Shown: positions 21,348 through 33,193, counted from the first letter of the stretch. The stretch is DNA of 64,000 nt from an uncultured Acidobacteriota bacterium (GCA_963809485.1 CAWEJX010000004.1:406669-470668); one strand, 5' to 3'. Notes: generated from the sequence alone by a model not told the origin. A program made the numbers and translations.

Positions 21348-22052
21348 ATGGCAGACCAAAAGCCTAAACTGAGTGAAAAAGGATTACTGACTCCCGACAA
21401 CTGCGTCGTCGCTTTGATCGATCACCAGCCCCAGATGCTTTTCGGCGTCACAAACTTTGATCGACAGACAATCATCAATAATACCGCCGCGCTCGCGAAG
21501 ACCGCGAGGGTTTTCAACGTTCCAGTGGTCCTGACCTCCGTCGAGACCATGAGCTTCAGCGGAAATCTGTGGCCGCAACTCCAGGCGGTCTTTCCCGATC
21601 AGAAACCGATCGAACGTTCCACCATGAACTCATGGGACGATAAAAACTTCGTGGCTGCCATCGAAAAGAGCGGCCGGAAGAAGATCGTAATGGCCGGGCT
21701 CTGGACGGAGACCTGCGTCGCTCTTCCGACTATACAGGCCATTCACGATGGTTACGAAATCTATGTCGTGGAAGACTGCTGCGGAGATGTGAACCAGCTC
21801 TCGCACGAAAATGCAATGAAGAGGGTGATCCAGGCAGGAGCGAAGCCGGTAACGGTCCTCTCCGTAATGCTCGAACTGCAGCGCGATTGGGCGTTGCGCG
21901 GGACTTATGACGCTGTAATGGACATCGTAAAAACTCATTTTGGAGCTTACGGCTCCGGTGTGGAATACGCGTACACAATGGTTCACAAGGCGCCTGCCAC
22001 GGTGTTCCCACCCTACGTTCTGCCGGTGCCGGTACCGGTGGAGCATAAATAA
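21348..22052 (+). CDS. YcaC-like isochorismatase-family hydrolase
   Basis: LIDHQPQM, ERSTMNSW, GLWTETCV, ELQRDW; AAGGAG RBS. Confidence 0.92.
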   Translation: MADQKPKLSEKGLLTPDNCVVALIDHQPQMLFGVTNFDRQTIINNTAALAKTARVFNVPVVLTSVETMSFSGNLWPQLQAVFPDQKPIERSTMNSWDDKNFVAAIEKSGRKKIVMAGLWTETCVALPTIQAIHDGYEIYVVEDCCGDVNQLSHENAMKRVIQAGAKPVTVLSVMLELQRDWALRGTYDAVMDIVKTHFGAYGSGVEYAYTMVHKAPATVFPPYVLPVPVPVEHK

Positions 22053-22119
22053 ATATGTTCCCGGTCAAGCGGCACAGTCCGCGAGCCAACCGGGAATCTT
22101 GATCAATTCAGGAGGAAAT

Positions 22120-23979
22120 ATGCCCGCCGATACCATTCTGCACAGCGGCAAAATCGCCACAAACGGCCACCCAGCCTTTGTTGAAGCAATCGCCATCCAG
22201 GGCGGCAAGGTCAGCGCGACCGGCAAAAGCGATGAAATTCTGGGCGATCATCGCGGCCCGACAACGAGAGTCATCGATCTTCACCGCCGGACGGTGATCC
22301 CGGGCCTCAACGATTCGCATATGCATGTGATCCGCGGCGGTCTCACATATAACCTTGAGCTGCGTTGGGACGGTGTTCCCTCCCTTGCCGATGGCTTGCG
22401 GATGCTGAAAGAGCAAGTGCAGCGCACACCTCCCGGCCAATGGGTGCGGGTCATTGGAGGCTGGAGCGAATTTCAGTTTGCTGAGCGCCGCATGCCGACG
22501 CTGGAGGAAATCAATACGGTCTCACCCGATACACCGGTTTTTATCCTGCATCTGTATTGCCGCGGAATATTGAACAAAGCCGCGCTGCGAGCCTGCGGTT
22601 ATACGAAAGACACTCCGAACCCGCCCTCCGGTGAAATCCAGCGCGATGCAAGCGGCAACCCCACCGGACTTCTCATTGCACGCCCCAATGCCGGCATTCT
22701 TTACGCCACCGTTGGCAAACAACCGAAGCTGCCTCCCGAGCATCAAATGAATTCGTCGCGCCACTTCATGCGTGAGTTGAATCGTCTTGGCCTGACAAGC
22801 CTGGTCGATGCGGGCGGCGGATCGCAAATCTACCCAGATGACTACACGATCATGAAAGAGCTGCACAAGCGGGGTGAAATGACCGTGCGGATGGCCTACA
22901 ACATTTTCACGCAAAAGCCCAGGGAGGAGAAGGAGGATTTCCTTCGCTGCATGAAGCTGACCGCACCCGGCAAGGGTGACGATTTCTATCGCTGCAACGG
23001 CGCTGGAGAGATGCTGGTTTATTCGGCGGCCGATTTTGAAGATTTTCTGGAACCCCGGCCTGACCTCCCGTCCAATCTCGAGCAGGATCTGACGGAGGTT
23101 GTTTCTTTGTTGGCCTCCAACCGATGGCCGTTCCGCATTCACGCAACTTATGACGAAAGCATCTCCCGAATGCTGAACGTGTTCGAGAAGGTGAACCGCG
23201 ATATCCCCTTCAAAGGAACGAACTGGTTCTTTGACCATTGCGAGACTATCTCTGACCGCAGCATGGAACGCGTCAAGGCGCTAGGCGGCGGGATCGCCAT
23301 CCAAGATCGAATGGCTTTTCAGGGTGAGTATTTTCTGGACCGCTATGGGAAGCAGGCGGCGGAGCGCACTCCGCCGGTTCGTAAAATGCTCGAACTCGGC
23401 ATTCCCGTGGGGGCCGGCACCGATGCAACACGTGTAGCCAGCTACAATCCCTGGCTTTCCCTTTACTGGCTCGTGGCCGGGAAAACAGTCGGCGGCACTC
23501 CGTTGTACTCAGAAGCAAACTGCCTCAGCCGGGAAGAGGCACTGAAGCTCTATACCCAGGGCAGCAGTTGGTTTTCGGGTGAAGCCGGCAGGAAAGGGAC
23601 AATTGCTGTCGGGCAACTGGCGGATGTCGCCGCTCTCACCGAAGATTACTTCTCCGTGCCGGAAGAGAAAATAAAAGGGATTGAGTCCGTCCTTACTATT
23701 GTTGATGGACAGATCGTTTACGGTGCTCAGGAATTTCAGGGCTTTAATCCGCCTCCGCTGCCCGTTCTGCCGGACTGGTCACCCATTAAGGTCTATGGTG
23801 GATATGGGGCGCCGCTAGACATCGGCAAATCGGCCCGCGCAGGTATCCCGGTGCGCTCGAATATCGCCGAGTGCCATCCGAAAGGATGTCTTAATGCCGT
23901 CCACCCGCATCATAAGAAAGCCGCAGCTCACCGTTACAGCGACTTCTGGGGTTTCGGCTGCGATTGCTTCGCATTCTAA
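22120..23979 (+). CDS. YtcJ-like amidohydrolase
   Basis: PGLNDSHMH, RIHATY, DHCE, GTDATRVASYNPW, C-terminal GCDCFAF; GGAGG RBS. Confidence 0.92.
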   Translation: MPADTILHSGKIATNGHPAFVEAIAIQGGKVSATGKSDEILGDHRGPTTRVIDLHRRTVIPGLNDSHMHVIRGGLTYNLELRWDGVPSLADGLRMLKEQVQRTPPGQWVRVIGGWSEFQFAERRMPTLEEINTVSPDTPVFILHLYCRGILNKAALRACGYTKDTPNPPSGEIQRDASGNPTGLLIARPNAGILYATVGKQPKLPPEHQMNSSRHFMRELNRLGLTSLVDAGGGSQIYPDDYTIMKELHKRGEMTVRMAYNIFTQKPREEKEDFLRCMKLTAPGKGDDFYRCNGAGEMLVYSAADFEDFLEPRPDLPSNLEQDLTEVVSLLASNRWPFRIHATYDESISRMLNVFEKVNRDIPFKGTNWFFDHCETISDRSMERVKALGGGIAIQDRMAFQGEYFLDRYGKQAAERTPPVRKMLELGIPVGAGTDATRVASYNPWLSLYWLVAGKTVGGTPLYSEANCLSREEALKLYTQGSSWFSGEAGRKGTIAVGQLADVAALTEDYFSVPEEKIKGIESVLTIVDGQIVYGAQEFQGFNPPPLPVLPDWSPIKVYGGYGAPLDIGKSARAGIPVRSNIAECHPKGCLNAVHPHHKKAAAHRYSDFWGFGCDCFAF

Positions 23980-23993
23980 AAGGGGAGATCCTG

Positions 23994-24761
23994 ATGCCCG
24001 GCAGGCTCTCTTGTCGACAGTTGTCGATTGTATTCTTGTTCCTGGTGTGGGCCGCATCGGCGTTGCCTGCTGCGCCGGCAACGCCGACGGCATCTCATAC
24101 CGTGCACTATGAAACGACGCGGCAGGACGAAGACTGGAGTTATTTGCGTGATCCGGCACGAAGAACCGATTATCTCGACAACATGAAGTATATCCCGCTC
24201 CGGAATGAAGATGGCTGGTATATGTCGCTGGGCGGTGATGTGCGCGAGCGTTACGAACTTCTCGACCACCCTCAGTGGGGCCAGGGGCCAACAGACACGA
24301 ACGGCTATTGGATGCAGCGCTATTTACTGCATGCCGATATTCACCTGGGATCACGAGTTCGGTTCTTCTCGCAGTTCCAGAGCGGACTTATCAATGGGCG
24401 AAAGGGAGCCTATTTTGGCGTAATTGCGCTTATTGGCCCGGCAAACCACATAGATTTACAGCCGTCCTTTGATCTCAGGCTGATAAAGAGGTGGATATTG
24501 ATCACCGAAGCCGGGTTTTTCTGGCGGCAGAGCATTCATGACGGAATTTACGGGCCCGCAATCAACCTCCTGCGCTCAGCCGGTTCGAGCACGTCGCGTT
24601 TTATTGGCAGCCAGATCGCAACGCAGGCTGAATGGGAAATAAACCCGCATTTCAGCTGGACCGGAAACTACACACATTTTTTCACGGGCCAATTCCTCCG
24701 GGATACAGGGCCTTCGAAGGACGTGAACTTCTTCACCACGTGGCTTTATTATCGCTTCTGA
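23994..24761 (+). pseudogene. Alginate-export family outer-membrane protein with an in-frame internal deletion
   Basis: N-terminal part (EDWSYL, SLGGDVRERYE, QRYLLHADIH) joins directly to the C-terminal part (AYFG..IGPANHID...YRF) at about 24400; much shorter than typical family members. Confidence 0.7.
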
Positions 24762-24770
24762 TATGGCCAT

Positions 24771-26388
24771 ATGAAAAACGACAGCATCGTAGTACCCCCT
24801 CACCCTGACGTACGCTCGCCATGGAGTCCTCTCCGGCAGCCGGTGTTCCGTGCCCTTTGGATCGCCACAATCGTTTCCAATCTGGGCACCTGGATGCAGA
24901 ATGTGGGCGCATCCTGGCTGATGACTGCCCTGAGCCCGTCCCCTCTGATCATTGCCATGGTGCAGGCGGCGACGAGCCTTCCCATGTTCCTGCTCGCCTT
25001 GCCGGCCGGAGCCTTGGCAGATATAGCGGATAGACGCCGCCTTTTATTGATCACTCAGTTCTGGATGCTTGCAGCCGCGGCAGCCTTGAGTGCGGTAACC
25101 TATGCCGGTGCAATGACTCCGGTTTTGCTCCTCTCACTCACCTTTATGATGGGCGTTGGGACTGCCATGAACGGACCGGCATGGCAGGCGATTGTTGGCG
25201 ATTTGATTGGTCCTCGTGAGCTTGGCGCCGCAGTCTCGTTGAACAGCGCGGCTTTTAATCTGGCTCGCGCTGTCGGTCCAGCCCTGGGGGGTATCCTTCT
25301 TGCACGGACGGGCGCAGGCACTGTTTTTCTGTTGAACGCACTGTCATTTATGGGAGTGCTCTTCGTTCTTTACGGCTGGAAATCAAAGGCACGGGAGAGC
25401 GTGCTACCGGCCGAGCGCTTCGTGGGCGCTATCCGAGCCGGCGTGCGCTACGCTCGGCATGCTTCACCGGTGCACGCGGTCCTGATACGGACGGCGGCAT
25501 TTATTTTGTTTGGAAGCGCGATTTGGGCGCTTGCTTCCGCTCGTCGTCAAAACCGGAATGGGACGGGGTCCCTCGGCATACGGTGTGTTAGTGGGTTGTC
25601 TCGGAGCGGGGGCGTTGATAGGCGCAGCACTGCTTCCAAGACTGAAAGGCAAGACATCTGTTGATATCCTGGTTGTCGGAGCCAGCGCTGTCTTTGCAGC
25701 AGTTCTGATTGGCGCCGGCCTGATTCGCAACTATGCCGTAATGATCGCGCTGATGCTGCTTGGAGGCGCGGCATGGATTGTGGTGCATTCAATTCTGAAT
25801 GTGGCAGCTCGAATGGTTGTCCCGGCATGGGTTCAAGCCCGCTCATTGGCATTTTATCTGCTCGTTTTCCAGGGCGGCACCGCCGTGGGAAGTCTCGTCT
25901 GGGGCGGCCTCGCCGGAGTATTGGGTGTTGATTCGACTATGGTGGCTGCTGGCGTCGGAATGATCCTTAGCCTGGCTGCCGCCTTCTTCTTTCCTCTTCA
26001 AGGCGCCGAGTCCCTGGATCTCAGAACTGCCTCATATTGGCCGGAACCCGGCTTCGTGCCCGAATCGATCGCCGACAGTGCACCTGCATTTGTCACAGTC
26101 GAATACCGGGTCGATCCCCTTCACGCGGAGGAATTCGTGCGCATTATGGGTGACATGGAGCGTATCCGTCGTCGTGACGGTGCGTTGCAGTGGGGCCTTT
26201 TTGTCGACGCGACCGATCCAGGGAAGTACCTGGAGGAGTTTCTGGTCGAGTCCTGGCTCGAACACCTGCGTCAGCATGAACGCGTCACTGCATCCGATCA
26301 CGAATTGCAGGAACGGGTCCGATCCCTGCACGCCGGTCCGGATCCGCCTCGCGTGTCACACTATTTTTCGGCTGGCCGGAGAAAATAG
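24771..26388 (+). CDS. MFS transporter with C-terminal soluble domain, frameshifted near 25528
   Basis: FRALWIATIVSNLGTWMQ...ADRRRLL; continues in ORF 25510-26388 (RRRDGA, ESWLEHLRQHER). Confidence 0.85.
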
Positions 26389-26527
26389 GCAGGTAGGCAA
26401 AAAAGGAGCAGGCTTACAATTCCGCCGCACGTTCGATAAAATTTGAGGAGAGGTAACAAGCACTTCCGCAGCCGGCAGGCAGTCTGTTGACTGGAATTTC
26501 CAAATTTGCCAAAGAAGGAGTGCATTT

Positions 26528-27091
26528 ATGAGCATTCAGTGGCTTGAAAATCTTGATTCTGCATTAAGCGATGCCAAACGCGAAAATAAGCACGTACTGT
26601 TGGATTTTTTCAATCCCCTTTGAATCGGGTGCCAGCAGATGGGTACAGTTACGTATCCAAATCCGAAGGTGATTGATTTCTTCTCGAAGCATCTGGTTCC
26701 TGTGCAGACTTTGATAGACTCGAAACCACTCCCACAAAGATTCAAAGTGCAATGGACCCCTACTCTTGTTCTTTTAGACGATAAGGGCGAGGAGCACCAT
26801 CGAACCGTAGGTTTTCTCGCGCCCGAGGAACTGCTGCCGGCTCTCATGCTCGGTATCGGGAAGTCCTATTTCGACCGCGAGTTGTACAAGGAGTCCGAAC
26901 AGGTCCTGGAGCAGCTTCTGAAAGAGTATCCAAAGAGCGATGCGGCTCCGGAGGCAGCCTACTATCTTGGGGTCGGCCGGTATAAAAATACGCACAATGC
27001 GGAAGAGCTGAAGAAAACGATTCAGTCGCTCCAGAAGAATTACCCGGGAAGCGAGTGGACGAAGCGAGCGTCGGTATACCAGCTGTTGTGA
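26528..27091 (+). CDS. Putative thioredoxin-like/TPR selenoprotein (187 aa, Sec at codon 32, U-I-G-C)
   Basis: AAGGAG RBS; MSIQWLENLDSALSDAKRENKHVLLDFFNPL-TGA-IGCQQM... is in frame with ORF 26639-27091. WTPT cis-Pro loop and C-terminal TPR (YPKSDAAPEAAYY). Confidence 0.85.
26640..26659 (+). promoter_or_regulatory. Candidate bacterial SECIS element
   Basis: TGGGTAC-AGTTAC-GTATCCA hairpin starting 17 nt after the UGA at 26621-26623. Confidence 0.55.
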
Positions 27092-27148
27092 GTTCAGCCT
27101 CCCTTGCGATCGGCCTATGATCCTAATAATTAGAGGGGCTGAACTCAA
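27089..27148. repeat. Inverted repeat or hairpin downstream of the thioredoxin gene
   Basis: TGAGTTCAGCCTC...GGGGCTGAACTCA. Confidence 0.5.
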
Positions 27149-27719
27149 TAATTTGTTTTGCTTTAGATCTACCCAGCTTCTCACAGGTTGGAATTCAGGC
27201 TAAATCGGCCCATTTAGCATAGTAAGTCGACATTTCTCGACTTACTCTGCTTGTTTTGCACAATTATTCTCTTCCTGCCAGCTAAGCAAATTATCGGGAT
27301 CCACCTTTACCGTCTTTTCTCGTGCGTCGAGGAAGACCCCGATTTTAGTTAGTTCGACGCGGGTACTCGGACAACAACGGCTGGAATCTCCGCTACTCTC
27401 CAGCTGGTCAAAAAGGAGCGTCCCGAGGACAGCCGGTTGCATGTCGTGCCTCATTCAATCCCCCGTCAAACCTCTAACAAGACTGGAAAGAACCGATTTT
27501 GCAGACGGTGTCTGCAGAATTCCCGAATAAAAGCTCAGCAGTTTTTATCCTGAGCGGCTCAGAATTCAGGGTCAAATTACTGCAGCAGGCATCTAAAAGA
27601 TTCAAAGTCAATCAATTACAGGAGCTAAAACTTTGGGCGAGCATTGATATCGTCCAGCTGTTTTGTCTTGAGGATTTGGGGAGGAGGCTCAAATCGATTT
27701 GCAGGTTTTTTATTTTCAA

Positions 27720-27775
27720 TGCCGGGGATGGAAATCAAGCCCACACGCCCTTTGCGAAGCCCAGGATTTTAAGTC
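27720..27775 (-). repeat. Degenerate 3'-half of tRNA-Leu(UAA), att-site relic
   Basis: Minus strand GACTTAAAATCCTGGGCTTCGCAAAGGGCGTGTGGGCTTGATTTCCATCCCCGGCA; T-loop is mutated. Confidence 0.75.
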
Positions 27776-28053
27776 GCATAGCCGGATTCCCCTATCTGTT
27801 GTTAATATTTGATTAATCAATTAGTTACTTCTACCCATGCTTTGGGTGGCGTTGGCTGGAATGGAGTGGTTTTGGATGCTCGCGGGCAAAGGGACGGGCA
27901 CAGTGTAAAACTTGTCCTCGCACCATCGATAATAAAAATCTCGCTTCGCAGAAGATTGCATAACATTTCGTTTGAAAATGCCTTCATATGGATGTTCACA
28001 TTATGCGGGCGATTGATCGATAAACTCAAATACACTAAAGGGAGGTAATCAGC

Positions 28054-29040
28054 ATGAAAACAAAACTTCTCGGGATTGTATTGGCGTCCATTGCTTTTTT
28101 GATTACTCCTGCTTTCCTGCAAGCAGCTCAAACCTGCGACCGGCAGTGTCTGGTCGACCTGATGAAAGACTATCTGGCGGCCCTGGTCGCTCATAACCCC
28201 AAAGCGGTGCCATTCGACAAGGAGGTTAAGTTTACTGAAAACACGGCAAATATCCCAGTCGGAGACGGCTTATGGACGACGGCTTCCAGCGGACCAACGG
28301 AATTCCAGATCTATGCTGCAGACCCATTGATGCAGCAGGTTGCCTGTCTTGTGATGATGAAGGAAACGAAATACGGTAATAGCCTTCTAGGAGTCCGTTT
28401 GGCTTTAAGGCGCGGCAAAATCTCGGAGGCTGAGCATTATGTGGTTCGACAGGGTCTATCGAATGCGATGCCGAACCTTCAGAAACCGCGACCCGGGCTT
28501 GTCGAAGACTTGGCGCCGGAGGACCGGACTCCGAGGGAACAGATGCGTGATGCCGGACTTTCCTACTACGACGCGCTTGTGGGCGGAGACGGCACCCTGG
28601 CCCCGTTTGCCCAAGAATGCGAGCGTCACGATGATGGAGAGACTTCGGTCGGGGGAAATCGGGAAGCCCCGGGGCGGTTTCCTGCGGCGGACGAAGCAAC
28701 TCTGTCAGATCTGGGCAGGGCGGTTTTGGCTGCACCCAATACATGTGCAGGTCAGATCAGCGCCGGGGTTTGGGGTTACATGTCCGCCATAACGAACCGC
28801 CGCTTGGTCGTGGTTGATGAACAGAAGGGCCTGGCTGTAGGTTGTTCCGTTCTTAATCACGATGCCAAGCTCAAAACGATGAAGCTCAAAGGAGTCCCGG
28901 GGCTGGAGAGTGTGCCTTCTGTCCAGCTCCTCTTCAATATGCCCAGCATGCACTTTTTCAAAATTAAAAAGGGGAAGATCTACGAAATTGAAGATATTGG
29001 CGTCTCTGTGCCTTATGGGACCAAGAGCGGATGGGAATAG
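28054..29040 (+). CDS. Exported hypothetical protein
   Basis: GGAGG RBS, signal peptide, CDRQCL, FTEN, GDGLW, C-terminal SGWE. Confidence 0.8.
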   Translation: MKTKLLGIVLASIAFLITPAFLQAAQTCDRQCLVDLMKDYLAALVAHNPKAVPFDKEVKFTENTANIPVGDGLWTTASSGPTEFQIYAADPLMQQVACLVMMKETKYGNSLLGVRLALRRGKISEAEHYVVRQGLSNAMPNLQKPRPGLVEDLAPEDRTPREQMRDAGLSYYDALVGGDGTLAPFAQECERHDDGETSVGGNREAPGRFPAADEATLSDLGRAVLAAPNTCAGQISAGVWGYMSAITNRRLVVVDEQKGLAVGCSVLNHDAKLKTMKLKGVPGLESVPSVQLLFNMPSMHFFKIKKGKIYEIEDIGVSVPYGTKSGWE

Positions 29041-29343
29041 ATGAACGGCAGGATCATGCCCAACCGATAGGATCTCGGAATTCCCCTTGGCCTTGAAGGT
29101 AAGAATGAGAGACCATCGTGATGGCCATTAGCTCTTGAAATGGCCTGCGAAACATCCCGAAGCATTGATTGAGGCAACTTGGAAATCGGGGTTAGCTGCC
29201 GTTCGGTCACGGATCCTCCCCGTCGGGCGTCGCATACAGCTACCGATAAGGGAGCCCAACCCGGGATCAGGACCAAATCGGCAGCCCATCCTTCCTAACC
29301 TCTTTAAGAGCTAAACAGTATTTTCCCTGAGCGGAGGACCGAT

Positions 29344-30297
29344 ATGGAATTGATAAAACCATTTGCCCTGCAAGCCGGCGACAAGATTGGTATTGCCGCT
29401 CCATCCATGCACAGTATTAATGATGAAGCGGTGCGAAACGGCGTCGCCACTTTACAAGACATGGGATTCAGCGTGGAGATGGGGCCGGGCGTCCATTCAA
29501 GGTACCGGAATACCACCGCTTTGGCTGAAAACCGCGCCAGGGAGATGATGAAATTCTTCACGGATCCTGACACGAGAGCGATTATCTGCCTGATAGGCGG
29601 CGATACAGCAGCACAACTGTTAAAGCTGCTCGATTATGAAACGATACGAAATAATCCGAAGCTATTCAGCGGAATGAGTGATATCGGTCACCTAAGTCTG
29701 GCGCTACTTTCCCGGGCCGGCCTGGTAACTATCTATGGGCCGGACCTGACCTTTGGTTTCGGCGCTGACCGGAATAGTCCGGCGGCCCGATATAATATCG
29801 ATTTGTTCCTTAAGTGCACCCGGCCGGAACCTCCAGGAAAGATGCCGGCTTTTACTCAATGGGAATGCTGGCGACCCGGAAAAGCCAGAGGACGTTTGAT
29901 AGGAGGTTATCTTGGAGCCGTGGCACATTTATACCGTACAAGTTTCTGGCCGGCACTCGAAGAAACAATCCTGTTCTGGGAAGCCCTGGAAACGCAGCCA
30001 CACGAGATTGAAAGACAATTTACCATCGCTGAGGCTGAAGGATTCTTCAATAATGTGACCGGCATGGTCGTAGGAAAGCTGGTCGGCTGTGAAGAGAAAG
30101 ATTATGAAGGAATGTTGCCCGACGTCAAAGAAATACTCGTGGAAATCACGAAAGAGTACGGGTTCCCGATTATGGGCAACGCAGATTTCGGCCACAGTGG
30201 TACCTTCATGCCGATGCCGGAAGGACTATTGGCTGAAATAGACGCGGAACAACTATCGATTGAACTGATCGAGCCTGTAGTCCGGCAGCATCGTTAA
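29344..30297 (+). CDS. S66 family LD-carboxypeptidase (MccF/LdcA-like)
   Basis: GDKIGIAAPS, GMSDI (Ser), FWE (Glu), FGH (His) catalytic triad. Confidence 0.9.
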   Translation: MELIKPFALQAGDKIGIAAPSMHSINDEAVRNGVATLQDMGFSVEMGPGVHSRYRNTTALAENRAREMMKFFTDPDTRAIICLIGGDTAAQLLKLLDYETIRNNPKLFSGMSDIGHLSLALLSRAGLVTIYGPDLTFGFGADRNSPAARYNIDLFLKCTRPEPPGKMPAFTQWECWRPGKARGRLIGGYLGAVAHLYRTSFWPALEETILFWEALETQPHEIERQFTIAEAEGFFNNVTGMVVGKLVGCEEKDYEGMLPDVKEILVEITKEYGFPIMGNADFGHSGTFMPMPEGLLAEIDAEQLSIELIEPVVRQHR

Positions 30298-30398
30298 AGG
30301 ATAGAGAGGATGCTTCCAGAATTATCCTCAACCTAACATTTGTCCAGATTGTTACCCCCATGCATCAATCAGGGTTGGTGCCGAGCTTAAGGCTTGAA

Positions 30399-30520
30399 TC
30401 AGCTTTTCTCCTTCTCCTCTTCAGCATAGAAGCCTTTGAACCGCTCGGCCATGGCTTTGAGTTGTTGCTGGACGCGATGGTTAACGGGGCCCTCCGGATA
30501 CGTGTCATCGGGCAAAATCT
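30399..30520 (-). pseudogene. C-terminal remnant of a Lon-like AAA protease
   Basis: DDTYPEGPVNHRVQQQLKAMAERFKGF... resembles the tail of Lon-like ATP-dependent proteases. Confidence 0.45.
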
Positions 30521-30741
30521 CGGTCAAAAAGCTCAATTCCGACCTCCCCATATGCCTTATCCACTGGCGTATCGATCATTCGGTATCAAAATCCAGCAGT
30601 ATGGCGAAATAGGTCATGAACCGTGATCTTGCGTTTGGTTTCATCGGTATTTGCTTACAAAGAGAATAATCCAAACGGGAGCGCTTGATCCGACGTTCGT
30701 CGGCGCCTGGATGATATGTGCCGGGCGATTGAGCTATGAAG

Positions 30742-31336
30742 GGTCCTTCCGTCATCTACTGTTGTTACGCTGCCATTTTCTGTTCTCTGACTCTACTTAA
30801 AGCTGCCTTTACGTAAATAAAAATGATCACAAAAAGAATTCGCTGCTGCTCAGCCATGAATACCTCCCTGAAGCTCTGAGATGGCGACCCTATCTATCTT
30901 TTGATCGTTGAAACGGTGACAAGAGGAGGCTGCTTTTTCGAGCCAGCGATCGACGGTATTCCAAGCAATTCGCTTTACCCGAGCAATCGCGGATTTGTTC
31001 AGTCCCTCAACCCTGAGATTGACAACATCATCGAAAGTTGTGCGTCGGTGTTGGATTCGATGGTAGGGTGTTCCGGAATTGGAGCAGAAAGTTTTGCCGC
31101 AAGTGCCGCAACGATATCGACGACGACGACCCCACTTGGTTTTTTAGAATCCATGGCCGATGATGTTTCCGAAAGCGGCTTTTCCCGCCAGTGGACATTC
31201 CCTGTTTGGGCAGCTGAGACTCTTCATTGTTTTTGAACCGTGTCAATGATGGAACTGATTGCATGGAATTGAGTCTCAAACTATATCATGTGTGGGAGTT
31301 ACGGTCGCGCTGCCAACAGTCGACGGCGGAAGCACC
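30742..31336 (-). mobile_element. Internally deleted IS1-family element with both ends retained
   Basis: Near-identical to 46266-47437; termini GGTCCTTCCG... and ...CGGAAGCACC; the central part of the transposase is missing. Confidence 0.85.
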
Positions 31337-31872
31337 CGAATTTTGATAATGCTGAGCAATGGAGATCAACGATCTTAGGTAACGGCAATCCGCTTTATTT
31401 CAATGTCTTCGACTTGGGGATTCAATAACCTGGATTAGGCAAGGAAAAATACCTCTATCGTAAAGAACGAGATTTTTTGGGCTCTTGGACTAGGCATTTC
31501 TTGATTTCCTTATGCGCATTTTTGAGAAGCGGTTGGTTCCTCTGTTTTTTGAGCGCACAACAGTAAGAATTAGGTTGGGCAAGATAATGCATGCAATTTT
31601 TCATGTTTTTTCGTACTGATCCCAAGTAAAATCGGATCCGGAAATTCGTGGGGAAAATAAACCCCTATCTGAAGCACAAGACTCGTATGATGCAGAAAGC
31701 ATTTATAATGCAGGCTTTGTTTTTCCTTTAAACACCTAAGTATTTGCATAAGTCCGGGAACTGTAGATTATTGGAGGAGCATCTGCTCAGGGTAATTTCC
31801 CCAAAATGTATGCAATACCGGCCATAGTACCGGATGAAGAGAGTGCCAGTTTTTTTTGAGGAGGGATCCAAC

Positions 31873-32967
31873 ATGCCGTCAAAATTTCGAGCCATCGGAT
31901 TTACCGCATTTCTTGGGATTATGGTTTTGATCTTTACCGCCGTTTCTCCGAAGCTGGCAGGTGAAACTGCCCAGAAAGAGAAAGGCGAAGGAGGCAAGTA
32001 CGGCAAGTATTTTATCTTTGACACCCCACCAATTCAGCTTCCTCCGGAAGAGGCAGCTAAAATGAAGGAAGCGCAAAAAAAGGGGAAGTCGACAGAAGAG
32101 TTAAATTATTTTTTGGGACTCGACGGTACGAGGCTGCAGGGTGCTCCTTATATGAGTTTCGTCTGGATGTGGAAAGGAACTGCAGGGGGTTATACGGAGC
32201 GAGAACATGTCCATAATTTTGACGAATTCATCGGGTTTATAGGCACAAGAGGGCCGGAGGATCCTCACGGCTTGGGTGGGGAGGTTGAGTTCTGGCTGGG
32301 CGGCGAAAAATACTTGCTTACCAAGTCCTGCCTTGTTTATGTGCCAAAGGGAATGAAACACTGCCCTGTGCGATTTATCCGGATTGACTCGCCTTTTCTC
32401 TTCTTTACGGGATCATTTCAAACAAGCGAGGCAAAGTACGAGGCGACCGGGACTAAATTCAATGAAGCCAAGGCTGCGGAGCGAAATTTTGCCAAGTACA
32501 TCTCCTATAATGTAAATCCGAAAAAAGCCCCGCCAACGGATCCCGAGGCCAGGAAAAAAATGGAAGAAATGCGCCAAAAAAGTGGTTCGACCGTCGAGTC
32601 GGCCCGGATACTGGATCTGGACTCGGTGCAGGGAGCTCCTTATATAGATTTCGTGTGGATGTATAAAGGATACGAGAAAAATACTACTCACCCTGAACAC
32701 GCCCACGAATGGGGCGAAATTTTCGGTTACATCGGATCCGTAGGACAGAACGATCCACATAGCCTGGGCGGAGAAGTTGAGTTTTGGGTTGACGGCGAAA
32801 AGCACGTTTTACACAAAAGCTGCCTGGTATGGATACCACCAAATCTTCCCCATTGTCCTGTGCGATTCGCACAGATCGATAAACCGATACTGTGGTTTAC
32901 CATAGGAATTGGGATGAAAGGCGGCGAATACACCTTTTCAAAGCCGCCGGCCGATAAAAAACAGTAG
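31873..32967 (+). CDS. Exported tandem cupin-like protein
   Basis: GAGGAGG RBS, signal peptide; two repeats of HxHxxxE...LGGEVEFW...PxxxxHCP. Confidence 0.8.
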   Translation: MPSKFRAIGFTAFLGIMVLIFTAVSPKLAGETAQKEKGEGGKYGKYFIFDTPPIQLPPEEAAKMKEAQKKGKSTEELNYFLGLDGTRLQGAPYMSFVWMWKGTAGGYTEREHVHNFDEFIGFIGTRGPEDPHGLGGEVEFWLGGEKYLLTKSCLVYVPKGMKHCPVRFIRIDSPFLFFTGSFQTSEAKYEATGTKFNEAKAAERNFAKYISYNVNPKKAPPTDPEARKKMEEMRQKSGSTVESARILDLDSVQGAPYIDFVWMYKGYEKNTTHPEHAHEWGEIFGYIGSVGQNDPHSLGGEVEFWVDGEKHVLHKSCLVWIPPNLPHCPVRFAQIDKPILWFTIGIGMKGGEYTFSKPPADKKQ

Positions 32968-33027
32968 CGCTTATTGTCGTTGCTGTTTTGATGGAAAGAA
33001 TCGTGACAATCCCGACTCGGTATGCTT

Positions 33028-33112
33028 GAACTGCTTGCATGGAATTGAGTCTCAAGCCATACCATGTGCGGGAGTTACGGCCGCGCTGCCAACAGTCGAC
33101 GGCGGATGCACC
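33028..33112 (-). mobile_element. Isolated end fragment of the same IS1-family element
   Basis: Matches the element end at about 31252-31336 and 36198-36282. Confidence 0.75.
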
Positions 33113-33193
33113 ATTTTCGCAAACCTGTGGTGCAGTGGCGGAATAATCCGTTTGCCCTGCCTGGAATCACAGAATCCAAACCCGGCATACTCT

